Below are positions 20,462 through 31,052 of a stretch of 64,000 bases of DNA, one piece after another (within the stretch, counting starts at the first letter, position 1; the number at the start of each line of letters is the position of its first letter). The position numbers and the translations under genes are program-made. The stretch is taken from positions 1 to 64,000 of the forward strand of contig CAWGPD010000003.1 of the NCBI GenBank assembly GCA_963824385.1, read 5' to 3'. The notes below the pieces were generated by a model, which ran no database searches, was not told the DNA's origin, and worked only from the letters and a program-made list of their open reading frames with translations. Source of the DNA: an uncultured Nitrososphaerota archaeon. Its GTDB lineage: Archaea; Thermoproteota; Nitrososphaeria; Nitrososphaerales; Nitrosopumilaceae.

Positions 20462-21175
20462 TCAACCTGTTCCAGTAAGGCAAGTTTGACTCTTTTTTAC
20501 AATATTTCCAATTATTTCAGCTAAAATGATTTTTCCATCTTTTGCAGAAGCTTTTGTGGGATCTCCCCAAATACCATTTTTTGTTACTGAAATAAATGAC
20601 TTGTTTGCTCTTTTGTTTAGTAAATTCAATCTCTTCTTTGACAAATTGTCAGGAATCAACCCCTTTTTGGCTTTATTCATGAGTACTTTATCTGATATTG
20701 CTAACATGATTGATGTTTCAACAAATCCTGCATGATCAAATTTTCTTTTCATAAAATGCCAATATGAATAGACAAAAATGTGCTGTTTAACACCTGTTTT
20801 CTTAAATATTTTGGTTTGCAATTTTTTTAATGCATTCTGATTTCCATGATGCCCATTTAGAATAACGACTGTATTGATATGATTTTTTGATAATGAAATG
20901 CATAATTCAATCAAAATTTTCTCTAACGTAGCAGTTGATACGCTCATATTGAAAAATGGATGATGCTCAAAAGATACTCCATATTGAAGAGTAGGTAATA
21001 GCAAAAACCCGTTTTTATCTGAGACCTGCTTTGCAATATATGCGACTATATCTGAGTCAGTAGATACTGGAAGATGAGAGCCATGTTGTTCAATTGAACC
21101 AACTGGGATTATAGCAACTTTTTTGTTCTTTGTCAGCTTGAGAATATCTGTATTTGTAAGGTCTCCTACTATCAT
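20462..21175 (-). CDS. Creatininase-family amidohydrolase
   Basis: PVGSIEQHGSHLP, NGHHGN, HAG..ETS. Confidence 0.92.
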   Translation of the reverse strand: MIVGDLTNTDILKLTKNKKVAIIPVGSIEQHGSHLPVSTDSDIVAYIAKQVSDKNGFLLLPTLQYGVSFEHHPFFNMSVSTATLEKILIELCISLSKNHINTVVILNGHHGNQNALKKLQTKIFKKTGVKQHIFVYSYWHFMKRKFDHAGFVETSIMLAISDKVLMNKAKKGLIPDNLSKKRLNLLNKRANKSFISVTKNGIWGDPTKASAKDGKIILAEIIGNIVKKSQTCLTGTG

Positions 21176-22029
21176 CTAGATCTCTTGGATTTCACATGTA
21201 CCTTGCCCCAATATACTTCTAATCTTCCATCTAGGTGCATTTTTACAGCTTCTAAAAGTGTTGCAGCTTCTAACTTCTGACCCTTCTTTTTCAAGGATTC
21301 TAGAGTTTCATTCTCATCAATGGCAAAAGCATCTTGAAAAATAATGGGGCCTTGATTTAGATCTTCAGTTACATAATGTGAAGTACATCCAACAATTTTT
21401 GCACCGCGTTCATAAGCTTGAACATAAGCAAATGCACCTGGAAACGCAGGTAAAAGTGATGGATGTATGTTAATAATTCTATTAGGGTATCTCCATACAA
21501 AGTTAGGAGAAAGTATTCGCATGTATCTTGCAAGTACTATTAGATCAACATCGAATTTTTTTATGACGGAAATTATTTTTTCTTCTGCCTCTGACTGGTC
21601 TTTTTCATCTACTAAGATAAATGGAATTTTTTCCTTTCTTGCAATGGATGATAAACTATTTTCTGTGCCTATTAGCACTACAATTTCTCCTCTGATCTTA
21701 CCTTTTGCTCTTGCATCAAGAATAGCTTGCAGACAGTGAGGTTCTTTTGTTACAAATACTGCAACCCTTTTTCTTTTTGATACTTCATAATGAATATTAA
21801 CTTCCATCTTGAGTTTTTTTGCCAAGTTCTCTGCTTCTTTATTGAATTTTACAAAGTCCATCTTATTAACAAAAGATGCTTCCAAATACATTCCAAAAAG
21901 TCCCTTGACAACATTTTGGTTAATCTTCTCTATGTTACCATTATTTTGAAAAATGAAATTAGTAAAACCTGCTACTACACCTTCATGGTCTTTTCCAACT
22001 ACAACAAGTTCTACAATTGTCTTATTCAT
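21172..22029 (-). CDS. purU: Formyltetrahydrofolate deformylase
   Basis: N-terminal ACT domain; LARYMRIL, INIHPSLLP, GPII. Confidence 0.93.
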   Translation of the reverse strand: MNKTIVELVVVGKDHEGVVAGFTNFIFQNNGNIEKINQNVVKGLFGMYLEASFVNKMDFVKFNKEAENLAKKLKMEVNIHYEVSKRKRVAVFVTKEPHCLQAILDARAKGKIRGEIVVLIGTENSLSSIARKEKIPFILVDEKDQSEAEEKIISVIKKFDVDLIVLARYMRILSPNFVWRYPNRIINIHPSLLPAFPGAFAYVQAYERGAKIVGCTSHYVTEDLNQGPIIFQDAFAIDENETLESLKKKGQKLEAATLLEAVKMHLDGRLEVYWGKVHVKSKRSR

Positions 22030-22188
22030 TCTAATTGTTAGACATACTGCAGTTATTAATACTTAAATAGCCTTTTGAAATATGACGTATTGTAAGAATG
22101 CTAGTCCAACTAGATATCATAAATCTGTAATGTGTTGTTGAATGAGAGATACAAGTTTTTTAAATTTTAATTCAAATGAGGAAAAATA

Positions 22189-22374
22189 ATGGATAAACAA
22201 AAAAGTACTCACAGGGCACATAATAGAGGAAATAGTTATGATCATAACAATCCTATAAAAATTTGTAAAGTGTGTTCGACAATTGGTGATTGGCACTGTT
22301 ATGAATGCTCAAATAACTTTTGTAGCGTTCATTTTAGTAATCACAAAGAAATGCAACTTTGTATAATTCATTGA
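22189..22374 (+). CDS. Small Cys/His zinc-finger protein (B-box-like)
   Basis: CxxC-x7-CxxC-x4-CxxH-x3-H. Confidence 0.6.
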   Translation: MDKQKSTHRAHNRGNSYDHNNPIKICKVCSTIGDWHCYECSNNFCSVHFSNHKEMQLCIIH

Positions 22375-22375
22375 G

Positions 22376-22460
22376 TGCGGGAGGTGGGATTCGAACCCAC
22401 GAACTCCTGAAAGACAGGGTCCTAAGCCCTGCGCCTTTGACCAGGCTTGGCAACTCCCGC
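22376..22460 (-). tRNA. tRNA-Leu(TAG)
   Basis: CAGGG-CT TAG GA-CCCTG arm, long variable arm. Confidence 0.95.
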
Positions 22461-22506
22461 ATGCACCATGACTTTTAAGACAAATTTATCTATTGTTGAT
22501 GGTCGT

Positions 22507-23853
22507 ATGGCAAAATTATTTGGAACAAATGGTGTGAGGGGGATATTTGGAGAAGGTCTTACCCTTGAGTTTATCTCTGAAATTACTCTATCACTTGCAA
22601 CTCTTTTCAAAAAGGGACCGATTTTAGTAGGTTATGATGGACGGGAATCTAGCATTATTATATCAAAAATAGTAACAGCTGCATTAAGCTCGGCTGGTTT
22701 GGATTCTACAGTTTGCGGTTTGGTTCCTACACCTTGTCTGCAATTTGCTACAAAACATCTTGGATACAATGGAGGAATTATGATAACTGCATCTCATAAT
22801 CCACCACAATATAACGGAATAAAGGTCACTGCAAGAGATGGAATTGAGATCTCAAGAGAAGATGAACTCAAGGTAGAAGAATTCTATTTTAAGAAAAAAT
22901 GGAAAATTTCAAATAAATTTGGTTCAATTAAAAATGAGTCAAAAACTATAGGGGCGTATATTTCTGGAATTAAAAAACAAGTAAACATAAAAAAAATTAA
23001 ATCAAGAAATCTCAAAGTGGTACTAGATCTTGGTAATGGTGCCCAAGCAGTAACAACTCCTATCTTATGTAAAGATCTAGGATGCAAAGTAATTTTAATT
23101 AATGAAAAAATAGATGGAACTTTTCCAGGGAGAGGTTCAGAGCCTACACCTCAAAACCTAGATAAACTCTCAAGTATGGTAGTTAAAACAAAAGCTGATT
23201 TTGGAATAGCATTTGATGGGGATGGGGATAGAAGTATTTTTTGTGATGAGAAAGGAAAAATTCTTACAGGTGACAGATCCGCATTGCTTTTATCAAAATA
23301 TATTTTAGAAAAATATCATAAATCCAAGATAATTACTTCAGTTAATTCTACATCTGTGATAGAAAAAATAGCATCAAATTCTGGCTCTAAAGTTTTTAGA
23401 ACTAAAGTTGGTAGTGTTGAGGTTTCACGTAAGATGATGCAAGAAAATGCATTGATTGGTTTTGAAGAAAATGGTGGCTTCATGTATGGTAGACATAATC
23501 AAGTAAGAGATGGTTCTATGACTATGGCCATATTGATTGATCTCCTGGCAAATACCACAAACTCTTTGTCAGAAGAAATGGATAAACTACCTCCATCGTT
23601 TACAACAAAAGGGAAAATAGAGTGTTCAAAAGATAATTTTAAAAAAATACTTGAAATTCTAAAAGCAGAACCTTACAAAAAAGATCTTATTGATGGAATT
23701 AAATTATTTCTAGATGAATCGAGCTGGATTATGGTAAGATTGAGTGGTACTGAACCAATAGCTAGAATCTATGCTGAATCCTCTTCCCAATCTAGATTGG
23801 ATGATATTTTTGCAAAATACTTGAAAAAAGTTAAGACTGCAGCTGACAGATAA
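22507..23853 (+). CDS. glmM: Phosphoglucosamine/phosphomannomutase family
   Basis: LFGTNGVRG, ITASHNP, DGDGDR, GFEENGG, R.SGTEP; ATG 22507. Confidence 0.9.
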   Translation: MAKLFGTNGVRGIFGEGLTLEFISEITLSLATLFKKGPILVGYDGRESSIIISKIVTAALSSAGLDSTVCGLVPTPCLQFATKHLGYNGGIMITASHNPPQYNGIKVTARDGIEISREDELKVEEFYFKKKWKISNKFGSIKNESKTIGAYISGIKKQVNIKKIKSRNLKVVLDLGNGAQAVTTPILCKDLGCKVILINEKIDGTFPGRGSEPTPQNLDKLSSMVVKTKADFGIAFDGDGDRSIFCDEKGKILTGDRSALLLSKYILEKYHKSKIITSVNSTSVIEKIASNSGSKVFRTKVGSVEVSRKMMQENALIGFEENGGFMYGRHNQVRDGSMTMAILIDLLANTTNSLSEEMDKLPPSFTTKGKIECSKDNFKKILEILKAEPYKKDLIDGIKLFLDESSWIMVRLSGTEPIARIYAESSSQSRLDDIFAKYLKKVKTAADR

Positions 23854-23885
23854 CACTTTTAAAACCAATTGAAAAGACAGAAAGA

Positions 23886-23913
23886 ATGGAAATGATCCCA
23901 ATGGGTGATACAT
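23886..23913 (+). promoter_or_regulatory. Kink-turn in the L7Ae 5' leader overlapping the GGTGA Shine-Dalgarno
   Basis: ATGGA-AAT-GA-TCCC-AAT-GGGT-GA-TACAT folds as C-stem, 3-nt bulge, tandem G.A, U.U, CCC/GGG. Confidence 0.7.
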
Positions 23914-24300
23914 CTGGCTAAGGCTTATTACGTAAAGTTTGAGGTGCCCACTGACTTGGTTAGCCCAATCTATGAAGCTATAAGAGTTGCACAAACTAGT
24001 GGCAAAGTAAAGAAAGGTACCAACGAAGTTACAAAAGCAATCGAGAGAGGAATAAGTAAACTGGTGATTATTGCAGAAGATGTAGAACCACCAGAGGTAG
24101 TTGCTCACCTTCCTATACTGTGTGAGGAACACGGAATTCCATATGGCTTTGTTCCAAGTAGACAGGAACTAGGAAAATCTTTGGGAATTGATGTTACTTC
24201 TGCCGCTGCTGCGATATTAGATTCAGGAGATGCTCAACATATAGTAGACCAAATTGTGGCATCATTGTCACAGATTAAAGGTGGTCAAGCTAGCAAATGA
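23905..24300 (+). CDS. rpl7ae: 50S ribosomal protein L7Ae (true start possibly CTG 23914)
   Basis: [28 protein letters not shown]. Confidence 0.97.
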   Translation: MIHLAKAYYVKFEVPTDLVSPIYEAIRVAQTSGKVKKGTNEVTKAIERGISKLVIIAEDVEPPEVVAHLPILCEEHGIPYGFVPSRQELGKSLGIDVTSAAAAILDSGDAQHIVDQIVASLSQIKGGQASK

Positions 24301-24503
24301 GTACTGAAGTTCCAACCTCCGCTGAAGTTATACAAATAGTAGGAAGAACCGGAATTGCTGGAGAAGTTATTCAGGTGAGAGTAAAAATTTTAGATGGTAA
24401 GGATAGGGGGAGAATTCTAACAAGAAATGTTAAAGGTTCTGTAAGAATGTCAGACATTCTCATATTAAGAGAGACAGAACGAGAAGCGAGAAAAATCAAG
24501 TGA
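24297..24503 (+). CDS. rps28e: 30S ribosomal protein S28e
   Basis: GRTG..GE..QVRV, RNVKG, ETEREAR. Confidence 0.97.
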   Translation: MSTEVPTSAEVIQIVGRTGIAGEVIQVRVKILDGKDRGRILTRNVKGSVRMSDILILRETEREARKIK

Positions 24504-24509
24504 TAAAAA

Positions 24510-24713
24510 ATGAGTGTTCTTGTCAAGCCTTGCAGTTTTTGTAATAGACCAGTGGCAAAGGGTTCTGGTACTATGCTTGTAAAAAATGACGGTTCAGTAT
24601 TTTGGTTCTGTTCTTCAAAATGCAAGAAGAATATGCTAGTCCTAAAACGTGACCCAAGAAGACTCAAGTGGACCAACAAATACGTCAAGGGCGGAATAAA
24701 GGTCAAAAAATAA
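24510..24713 (+). CDS. rpl24e: 50S ribosomal protein L24e
   Basis: CSFC...G.G...DG....FCSSKC...R.PR.LKWT. Confidence 0.97.
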   Translation: MSVLVKPCSFCNRPVAKGSGTMLVKNDGSVFWFCSSKCKKNMLVLKRDPRRLKWTNKYVKGGIKVKK

Positions 24714-24714
24714 A

Positions 24715-25116
24715 ATGACTGAGCAAACACTTTTCATAGTAAAACCTGACGGTGTAGAAAGAAAATTAGTGGGTGATATTATTTCTAGATTTGAGCATAG
24801 AGGATTTCATATATTGAAATTGAAAATGTTTACTTTCACAAAGCAAATGGCAGAGGAATTCTATTCTGCTCATAACACAAAACCGTTCTTTGGAGAATTG
24901 GTATCTTTTATCACATCAGGAAAAGTTGTTGCTGCTATAATTGAGGGAAATAATGCAATTGCAACTACAAGGATAATGATAGGTTCAACAAAATCATTTG
25001 AAGCTGTACCAGGAACAATAAGAGGAGACTTTGGACTAGGTATATCTGATAACATAATCCATGCTTCTGATTCTAAAGAAAGTTTTGAAAAAGAAATAGC
25101 TGTGGTATTCAAGTGA
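24715..25116 (+). CDS. ndk: Nucleoside diphosphate kinase
   Basis: IVKPDGV, PGTIRGDF, NIIHASDS. Confidence 0.97.
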   Translation: MTEQTLFIVKPDGVERKLVGDIISRFEHRGFHILKLKMFTFTKQMAEEFYSAHNTKPFFGELVSFITSGKVVAAIIEGNNAIATTRIMIGSTKSFEAVPGTIRGDFGLGISDNIIHASDSKESFEKEIAVVFK

Positions 25117-25122
25117 AAGCGG

Positions 25123-26908
25123 TTGCAAATACGACAGCCTATAGTCGCAGTTCTAGGTCACGTAGACTCTGGTAAAACATCTCTTTTAGATAAGATTAGA
25201 GGTACGGGTGTACAAGCAAGAGAAGCTGGTGGAATTACACAACACATAGGTGCAAGTTTTCTTCCTACTGAAACTTTAAAGAAAGTTTGTGGACCTCTTT
25301 TTGCAAAAATGGGAGGCGCAAATCAGGAAATTCCAGGTTTACTTGTTATTGATACGCCTGGACATGAAATATTTACAAATCTTAGAGCAAGAGGAGGCTC
25401 TGCTGCAGATATTGCAATTCTTGTTGTGGATGTAAACCGAGGATTTCAACCACAAACTAATGAAAGTCTCAAAATCTTACAGGCCAGAAAAGTTCCATTT
25501 GTGATAGACTTTGAATAAAGTGGATATGGTTTCTGGATGGAAAAAAAATCCTACAACAAAGTTTATCACACAATCTGTTAAGGAACAAGATCCATTTGTA
25601 CAGACTGCACTTGATGAGTTATTGTATAATGTAGTGGGCACATTATCTGTTCTAGGATACAACTCGGAGGCATTTTACAGAGTAAAAGATTTCTTAAAAG
25701 AAGTTGCAATAGTCCCAGTTAGTGCAAGAAGTGGAGAAGGTATGCCAGAATTACTTGCAGTATTGGTAGGACTAACACAACAATACATGCAAAAAAAATT
25801 GGAACAGACTGAAAAACCAACAAGGGGAATAGTTCTTGAGGTAAAAGAAGAGATCGGTCTTGGCATGACTGCTAACATTATCCTAATTGACGGTACTCTA
25901 AGAAAGGGTGACTCTATACTAGTTGCCAAGAGGGATTCTGTAATAATCACAAAACCAAAAGCAATACTCCTTCCAAAACCTCTTGATGAGATGCGTGATC
26001 CTAGAGATAAATTCAGACCTGTAACTGAAGTAGATGCAGCTGCTGGGATAAAAATTGCATCACCAGATTTAGAGGGAGTACTTCCAGGTAGTCCTGTATA
26101 TGCAACTACTGATGAATCAAAGATTGAAGAATTTAAAAAGTTAATCGAGTCTGAGATGAAATCAGTATTTATCAAAACTGATACAAAAGGAGTAATTCTG
26201 AAATGTGATACAATAGGATCTCTTGAGGCATTAACTGAAATGTTAAAAAAACAAAATGTGACCATATCGATGGCAGACATAGGGCCAGTTACAAGGCGAG
26301 ATGTAATGGAAGCGCTTGCCGTAAAAGAACGTGATAGACATTTAGGTGTAGTAATAGCATTTAATGTAAAAATTTTACAAGATGCACAAGAAGAAGCAGA
26401 ATCTAACCATATCAAGATTTTTCATGATCAGGTAATCTATAGTCTGATTGATAATTATACTAATTGGGTTCAAGATGATACTGCAAATGCAGAAAATGCT
26501 ATTTTTCAAGAACTTACACCTGTTTCTAAATTTACATTTCTTAAAGGTTATGTATTCAGAAAAAATAATCCTGCAGTTTTTGGAGTACAAGTAGATGCAG
26601 GTGTTCTAAAACAAAAAGTATCTGTTATGAATAAATCTGGTAGAAAAGTTGGTACGATACATCAGTTACAAGATAACGGAAAGAATGTTGATGTTGCAAA
26701 AAAAGGTCAGGAGGTTGCAGTTTCAATTCAAAATGTAACAGTAGGTAGACAAATATCTGAAGAGGAAGTTTTCTATTCTTTTCCACCATCTCCAGAAGCA
26801 AAATTGTTACTAAAGACATTCTCTCACAAGTTAAGTTCTGAAGAATTTCAAGTCCTACGAGAAATAATTGAAATTCAGAGAAAGGTCAATCCACTTTATG
26901 CTTATTAG
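25123..26908 (+). CDS. infB: Translation initiation factor aIF5B/IF-2; apparent +1 frameshift at 25506-25510
   Basis: GHVDSGKT, GGITQHIG, DTPGHE; AGACT to AGCT restores VIALNKVD (G4 motif). Confidence 0.95.
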
Positions 26909-27285
26909 GCATATTTCTGAGCAAGCATGTGAAGACCCGGTTCTCCTATTGCTCCCATAGCCTTGTCAACAGGTTCTCCATTGTTGAATACAATGAATGT
27001 GGGAATTGAATATACTCCATATCTTTGAGATATGCCAGGAGCATCATCTACATTTAGACGTGCAAATCTCACAGTCTTGTATTTTTTTGCGATTCTCTCA
27101 AAAATGGGCAACATAAACTGACATGGACCACACCATGTAGCCCAAAAATCCACAATTACGGGTGTATCACCAACTATGGCTTTGTCAAAATTAGAATCAG
27201 TAAGTTCTAGAATCTCTTGTTCTTTACGAGATTTCATTTCCTCTAATTTCTTTTTCATAATTTTCTCTAATTCTTCGTCTACCAA
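26905..27285 (-). CDS. Thioredoxin
   Basis: DFWATWCGPC with archaeal DEELEKI N-extension. Confidence 0.93.
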   Translation of the reverse strand: MVDEELEKIMKKKLEEMKSRKEQEILELTDSNFDKAIVGDTPVIVDFWATWCGPCQFMLPIFERIAKKYKTVRFARLNVDDAPGISQRYGVYSIPTFIVFNNGEPVDKAMGAIGEPGLHMLAQKYA

Positions 27286-27325
27286 ATCTGATTGATAATG
27301 AATAAAAGCTCTTTAATAATTTAGC

Positions 27326-27742
27326 CTAGAGATCAAGAATGAATCGCATCAAAACTGGTTTCTCATCTTTAATTTCCATGAGATGATACGTTGGTGCCTT
27401 TATCTCCATTTTGAAATGATGTTTTTCAAAATTAATTTCTTCTCCGCTGATTTTTGCTAAAAGATGATATTTTCCATTTTTTGTTATCTTTACATTGAAT
27501 ATTTTTCCAACAAATCCATCTGTTATGGTAAGAATGATTATCTCCTCAAGCCAGCTATATAGTAAGCCTTTCAGGTCGTCTGCACTAACTTCTATTTTCC
27601 TATCCTCTTTATTTTCAACTGAGTTGATATCTACAATTGTATCTACCACAGATATGCCTGCATTAGCAAAGGCTTCATCTGTTGTATTTCCAATTACTTC
27701 GATAAATGCATCTGTCATATGATCTAGATATCGATATGCCAT
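27326..27742 (-). CDS. Archease
   Basis: YRYLDHMTD, EIKAPTYH, C-terminal LDL. Confidence 0.95.
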   Translation of the reverse strand: MAYRYLDHMTDAFIEVIGNTTDEAFANAGISVVDTIVDINSVENKEDRKIEVSADDLKGLLYSWLEEIIILTITDGFVGKIFNVKITKNGKYHLLAKISGEEINFEKHHFKMEIKAPTYHLMEIKDEKPVLMRFILDL

Positions 27743-27833
27743 GGATTGGTAGGTCTGGAGTACACTATTAATTTATTCCAACCATGATTTTTTGCAATCA
27801 GAAAGTCTAAATGCATTGGAAAAAGAATGAGTT

Positions 27834-29111
27834 TTGAAATTGGAACTACCACGCGGTATGCGAGATATAGAACCAAAGGAATCTTCTGAAATTGAATATG
27901 TACGACAGAAATTTATTGAAACATCAAATTTATTTGGTTTTCAGTTTATGGAATCTTCTCCAATAGAATTACTATCAGTAATAGAAACAAAGAGTGGTCC
28001 ATCAATAAAAAATGAAATTTATTACTTTACTGATAAAGGAAATCGTGAAGTAGCACTACGTTTTGATTTTACAATTGGTCTAACACGTTATGCAACATCT
28101 CAAAAATCAATGCGATTGCCTGCCAAGATCTCAACATTTGGTGGTGTATGGCGTTATGATGAACCGCAAAAGGGCAGATACAGATTCTTTCATCAGTGGG
28201 ATATAGAGATCTATGGGGAACCAAACATAGAATCAGATGCTGAAATAATTGATTTTACATCTAAATTTCTTACAAAATTAGGACTTGAAAATATTGTAAT
28301 TGATATCTGTGATAGAGAACTTATTGAATCGTATGTTAGAAGTGTTTTCAAATCTGACTCGTCTGATGTAATTGCTGATATTCTGAGGGCTGTTGATAAG
28401 ATTCAAAAAAAGAGAAAACAGGATATAATTAATGAATACGAAGAAAAGGGTTACTCAGTACCTATGTTAGAACAAATTCTAAAATTCTCTGAAATTAAGG
28501 GCCTTCCTGAAGAAATTGAAAAAGAGGTTGATGTCAGTCAACTAAAAAATTGGGACAAGATCTTACAATTGTTTGATACTTTGAAAAATCGTGGTGTTGA
28601 TAATGTTAGAATAAACTTTGGAATAGTACGAGGTCTTGACTATTATTCTGGAATAGTCTTTGAGGTATTTGAAAACAGTGATGTAGGTGCGCTTGTAGGA
28701 GGTGGAAGATATGATACACTAACCAAAGCCTTTGGAAGAAATGATCTTGGTGCTACGGGTGCAGCTGGAGGAGTAGAGCGAATTGCTCTATTATTAGAGA
28801 AACAAAAAGTGAACACACAAACTAAAGAAGATCGAATATCTGTAGTTTTCATAAATGATGATATGAAAAAAATTGCAATTAATCTTGTATCACAACTTCG
28901 TCTAAAAGGCATTGCAACTGATGTAGATCTATTGGGAAAATCATTAAAAAAACAGATGGAAATTGCCTCCAACTCAAAATATGCTATAATTGTTGCTCCA
29001 AAGGAATACGCTGATAATTCTGTTATAATTCGAAATATGAGAGATGGCTCTGAAAAACAGGTAAAGATAGATGTTATGTTAAATAATCTAAAGTCTAGTC
29101 TTCCACTCTGA
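27834..29111 (+). CDS. hisS: Histidine--tRNA ligase
   Basis: PRGMRD, LRFDFT, RYDEPQKGRYRFFHQ, RGLDYY, GGGRYD. Confidence 0.97.
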   Translation: MKLELPRGMRDIEPKESSEIEYVRQKFIETSNLFGFQFMESSPIELLSVIETKSGPSIKNEIYYFTDKGNREVALRFDFTIGLTRYATSQKSMRLPAKISTFGGVWRYDEPQKGRYRFFHQWDIEIYGEPNIESDAEIIDFTSKFLTKLGLENIVIDICDRELIESYVRSVFKSDSSDVIADILRAVDKIQKKRKQDIINEYEEKGYSVPMLEQILKFSEIKGLPEEIEKEVDVSQLKNWDKILQLFDTLKNRGVDNVRINFGIVRGLDYYSGIVFEVFENSDVGALVGGGRYDTLTKAFGRNDLGATGAAGGVERIALLLEKQKVNTQTKEDRISVVFINDDMKKIAINLVSQLRLKGIATDVDLLGKSLKKQMEIASNSKYAIIVAPKEYADNSVIIRNMRDGSEKQVKIDVMLNNLKSSLPL

Positions 29112-29766
29112 AGGCCTTTGTAAGCATCATAAGCTCAGGACCATTTGTAAGGCCTCCCACAACTAACGAATTATTATTTGCAAGTGTGCCTGAAGCAAGA
29201 TATGGTGAACCACCGTTGACTGTAGCGGCCTCTAATTCTACGCCTAGTACTTGTGATATTGTTTTGATATCTTCTTCTTCTGCAGATGGATGAATAATAC
29301 CGCCTTTGGAATTTGCCACTGTCATTGCACCAGTCTGATGATATCCTGCAACTCTTTTTCTTATCACTTCAACTCCTAATACATCTTCAATTTGCTTGAC
29401 ATATTCTGTTGGAATGAGTGGAGATATGACTGCTCCTTTATCGTTTGTACAAATTAAATTTCCTAATGCGGTATGTTTTGTGTCTAGTACACCAACATTA
29501 AGTCCGGTTGATTTTTTTAAATGAGATATCTCTTCTTGATAACAATTATGTGGAAGCAAAAGTCCTTTATTATTTACAACCATTAGTGGTCCAAGTAATC
29601 TTGTATTTGCAACTGATGTAAAGATATATTCAGTCTTCAAAAATTCTGCCAAGTTCTTTGCTTTTGTAGGAGCAAATCCGTTTGGTATGAAAACAAACTT
29701 GTCGTTACACTTGGCATATATTCCTACATTTGGATTACGATATACATCATACTTGAAAATTCCCAA
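29095..29766 (-). CDS. eif6: Translation initiation factor aIF-6
   Basis: NVGIY...ND, GN.I..NDKG, TVNGG..., T.GPEL. Confidence 0.93.
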   Translation of the reverse strand: MGIFKYDVYRNPNVGIYAKCNDKFVFIPNGFAPTKAKNLAEFLKTEYIFTSVANTRLLGPLMVVNNKGLLLPHNCYQEEISHLKKSTGLNVGVLDTKHTALGNLICTNDKGAVISPLIPTEYVKQIEDVLGVEVIRKRVAGYHQTGAMTVANSKGGIIHPSAEEEDIKTISQVLGVELEAATVNGGSPYLASGTLANNNSLVVGGLTNGPELMMLTKAFRVED

Positions 29767-29842
29767 TAAATTAGAACGATTTGTGAAAGATATGAATTTA
29801 TCTTGTATACACTTTAAATAAGTAACAACAATTTCTGATAAT

Positions 29843-30289
29843 GTGCCTATAGATCCAAACTTTCCAGCAAACCATAAAGTGATTGAAAAATTTAAAGATC
29901 CATTAAGTGAAAACTATCATCTGGTTTGGGGTCCTGGACGTCTTGCTGAAGCTGCATCAGATCCTAAAGTAAAATCTGACTCGGAAGCTTCAGGTGAGGC
30001 GATAAAACCAATAGGAATTCATGGTACATTTGTAGCAGTAGACTGGGATTCGTGTATTGCTGATGGTGTCTGTTTGTTAAGTTGTCCCGTTAAGGTTTTT
30101 GAATGGTACAAAAATCCTGGTGAAACAGGAAGAAATGACAGAAAAGATTACACCGACAAAGCAAATCCGGTAAAAGAAGCAGATTGTATTTGGTGTATGG
30201 CTTGCGTTGAAGTTTGTCCCACCAAGGCAATCAAAGTCGATCAGTTAAATCAAGATATTCATGAAACAGAGATTGCAAAACTTGCCTAG
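29843..30289 (+). CDS. Dicluster ferredoxin (zinc-ferredoxin-like N-extension), copy 1
   Basis: CIADGVC...CP and [12 protein letters not shown]. Confidence 0.92.
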   Translation: MPIDPNFPANHKVIEKFKDPLSENYHLVWGPGRLAEAASDPKVKSDSEASGEAIKPIGIHGTFVAVDWDSCIADGVCLLSCPVKVFEWYKNPGETGRNDRKDYTDKANPVKEADCIWCMACVEVCPTKAIKVDQLNQDIHETEIAKLA

Positions 30290-30309
30290 TTTTGTCTAGG
30301 TTTAAATAA

Positions 30310-30864
<555 letters not shown>

Positions 30865-30865
30865 A

Positions 30866-30890
30866 ATTTTTCGTCCCTTTTCTTTTTCTT
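30866..30890 (+). terminator. Probable oligo-T terminator after ferredoxin 2
   Basis: TTTTTCGTCCCTTTTCTTTTTCTT pyrimidine tract just after the stop. Confidence 0.5.
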
Positions 30891-30965
30891 ATTGATAATC
30901 CCTACGGATGTCTAGAAAACATGTGATCTTAAACAAATTTTAACAAGTCCTTACAAAAAAAACTT

Positions 30966-31049
30966 GCAGAGGTCGCCTAGCCCGGCATGGCGTGGGCCTT
31001 GAGAGCCTATGTGCGCAAGCACGCGGGGGTTCAAATCCCTCTCTCTGCG
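30966..31049 (+). tRNA. tRNA-Ser(TGA)
   Basis: TGGGC-CT TGA GA-GCCTA arm, long variable arm. Confidence 0.93.
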
Positions 31050-31052
31050 CTA

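Noticed and set aside
25675..26415. Long antisense ORF (246 aa) and similar shadow ORFs in the track
   Set aside because: They lie opposite well-conserved genes and show no recognisable motifs
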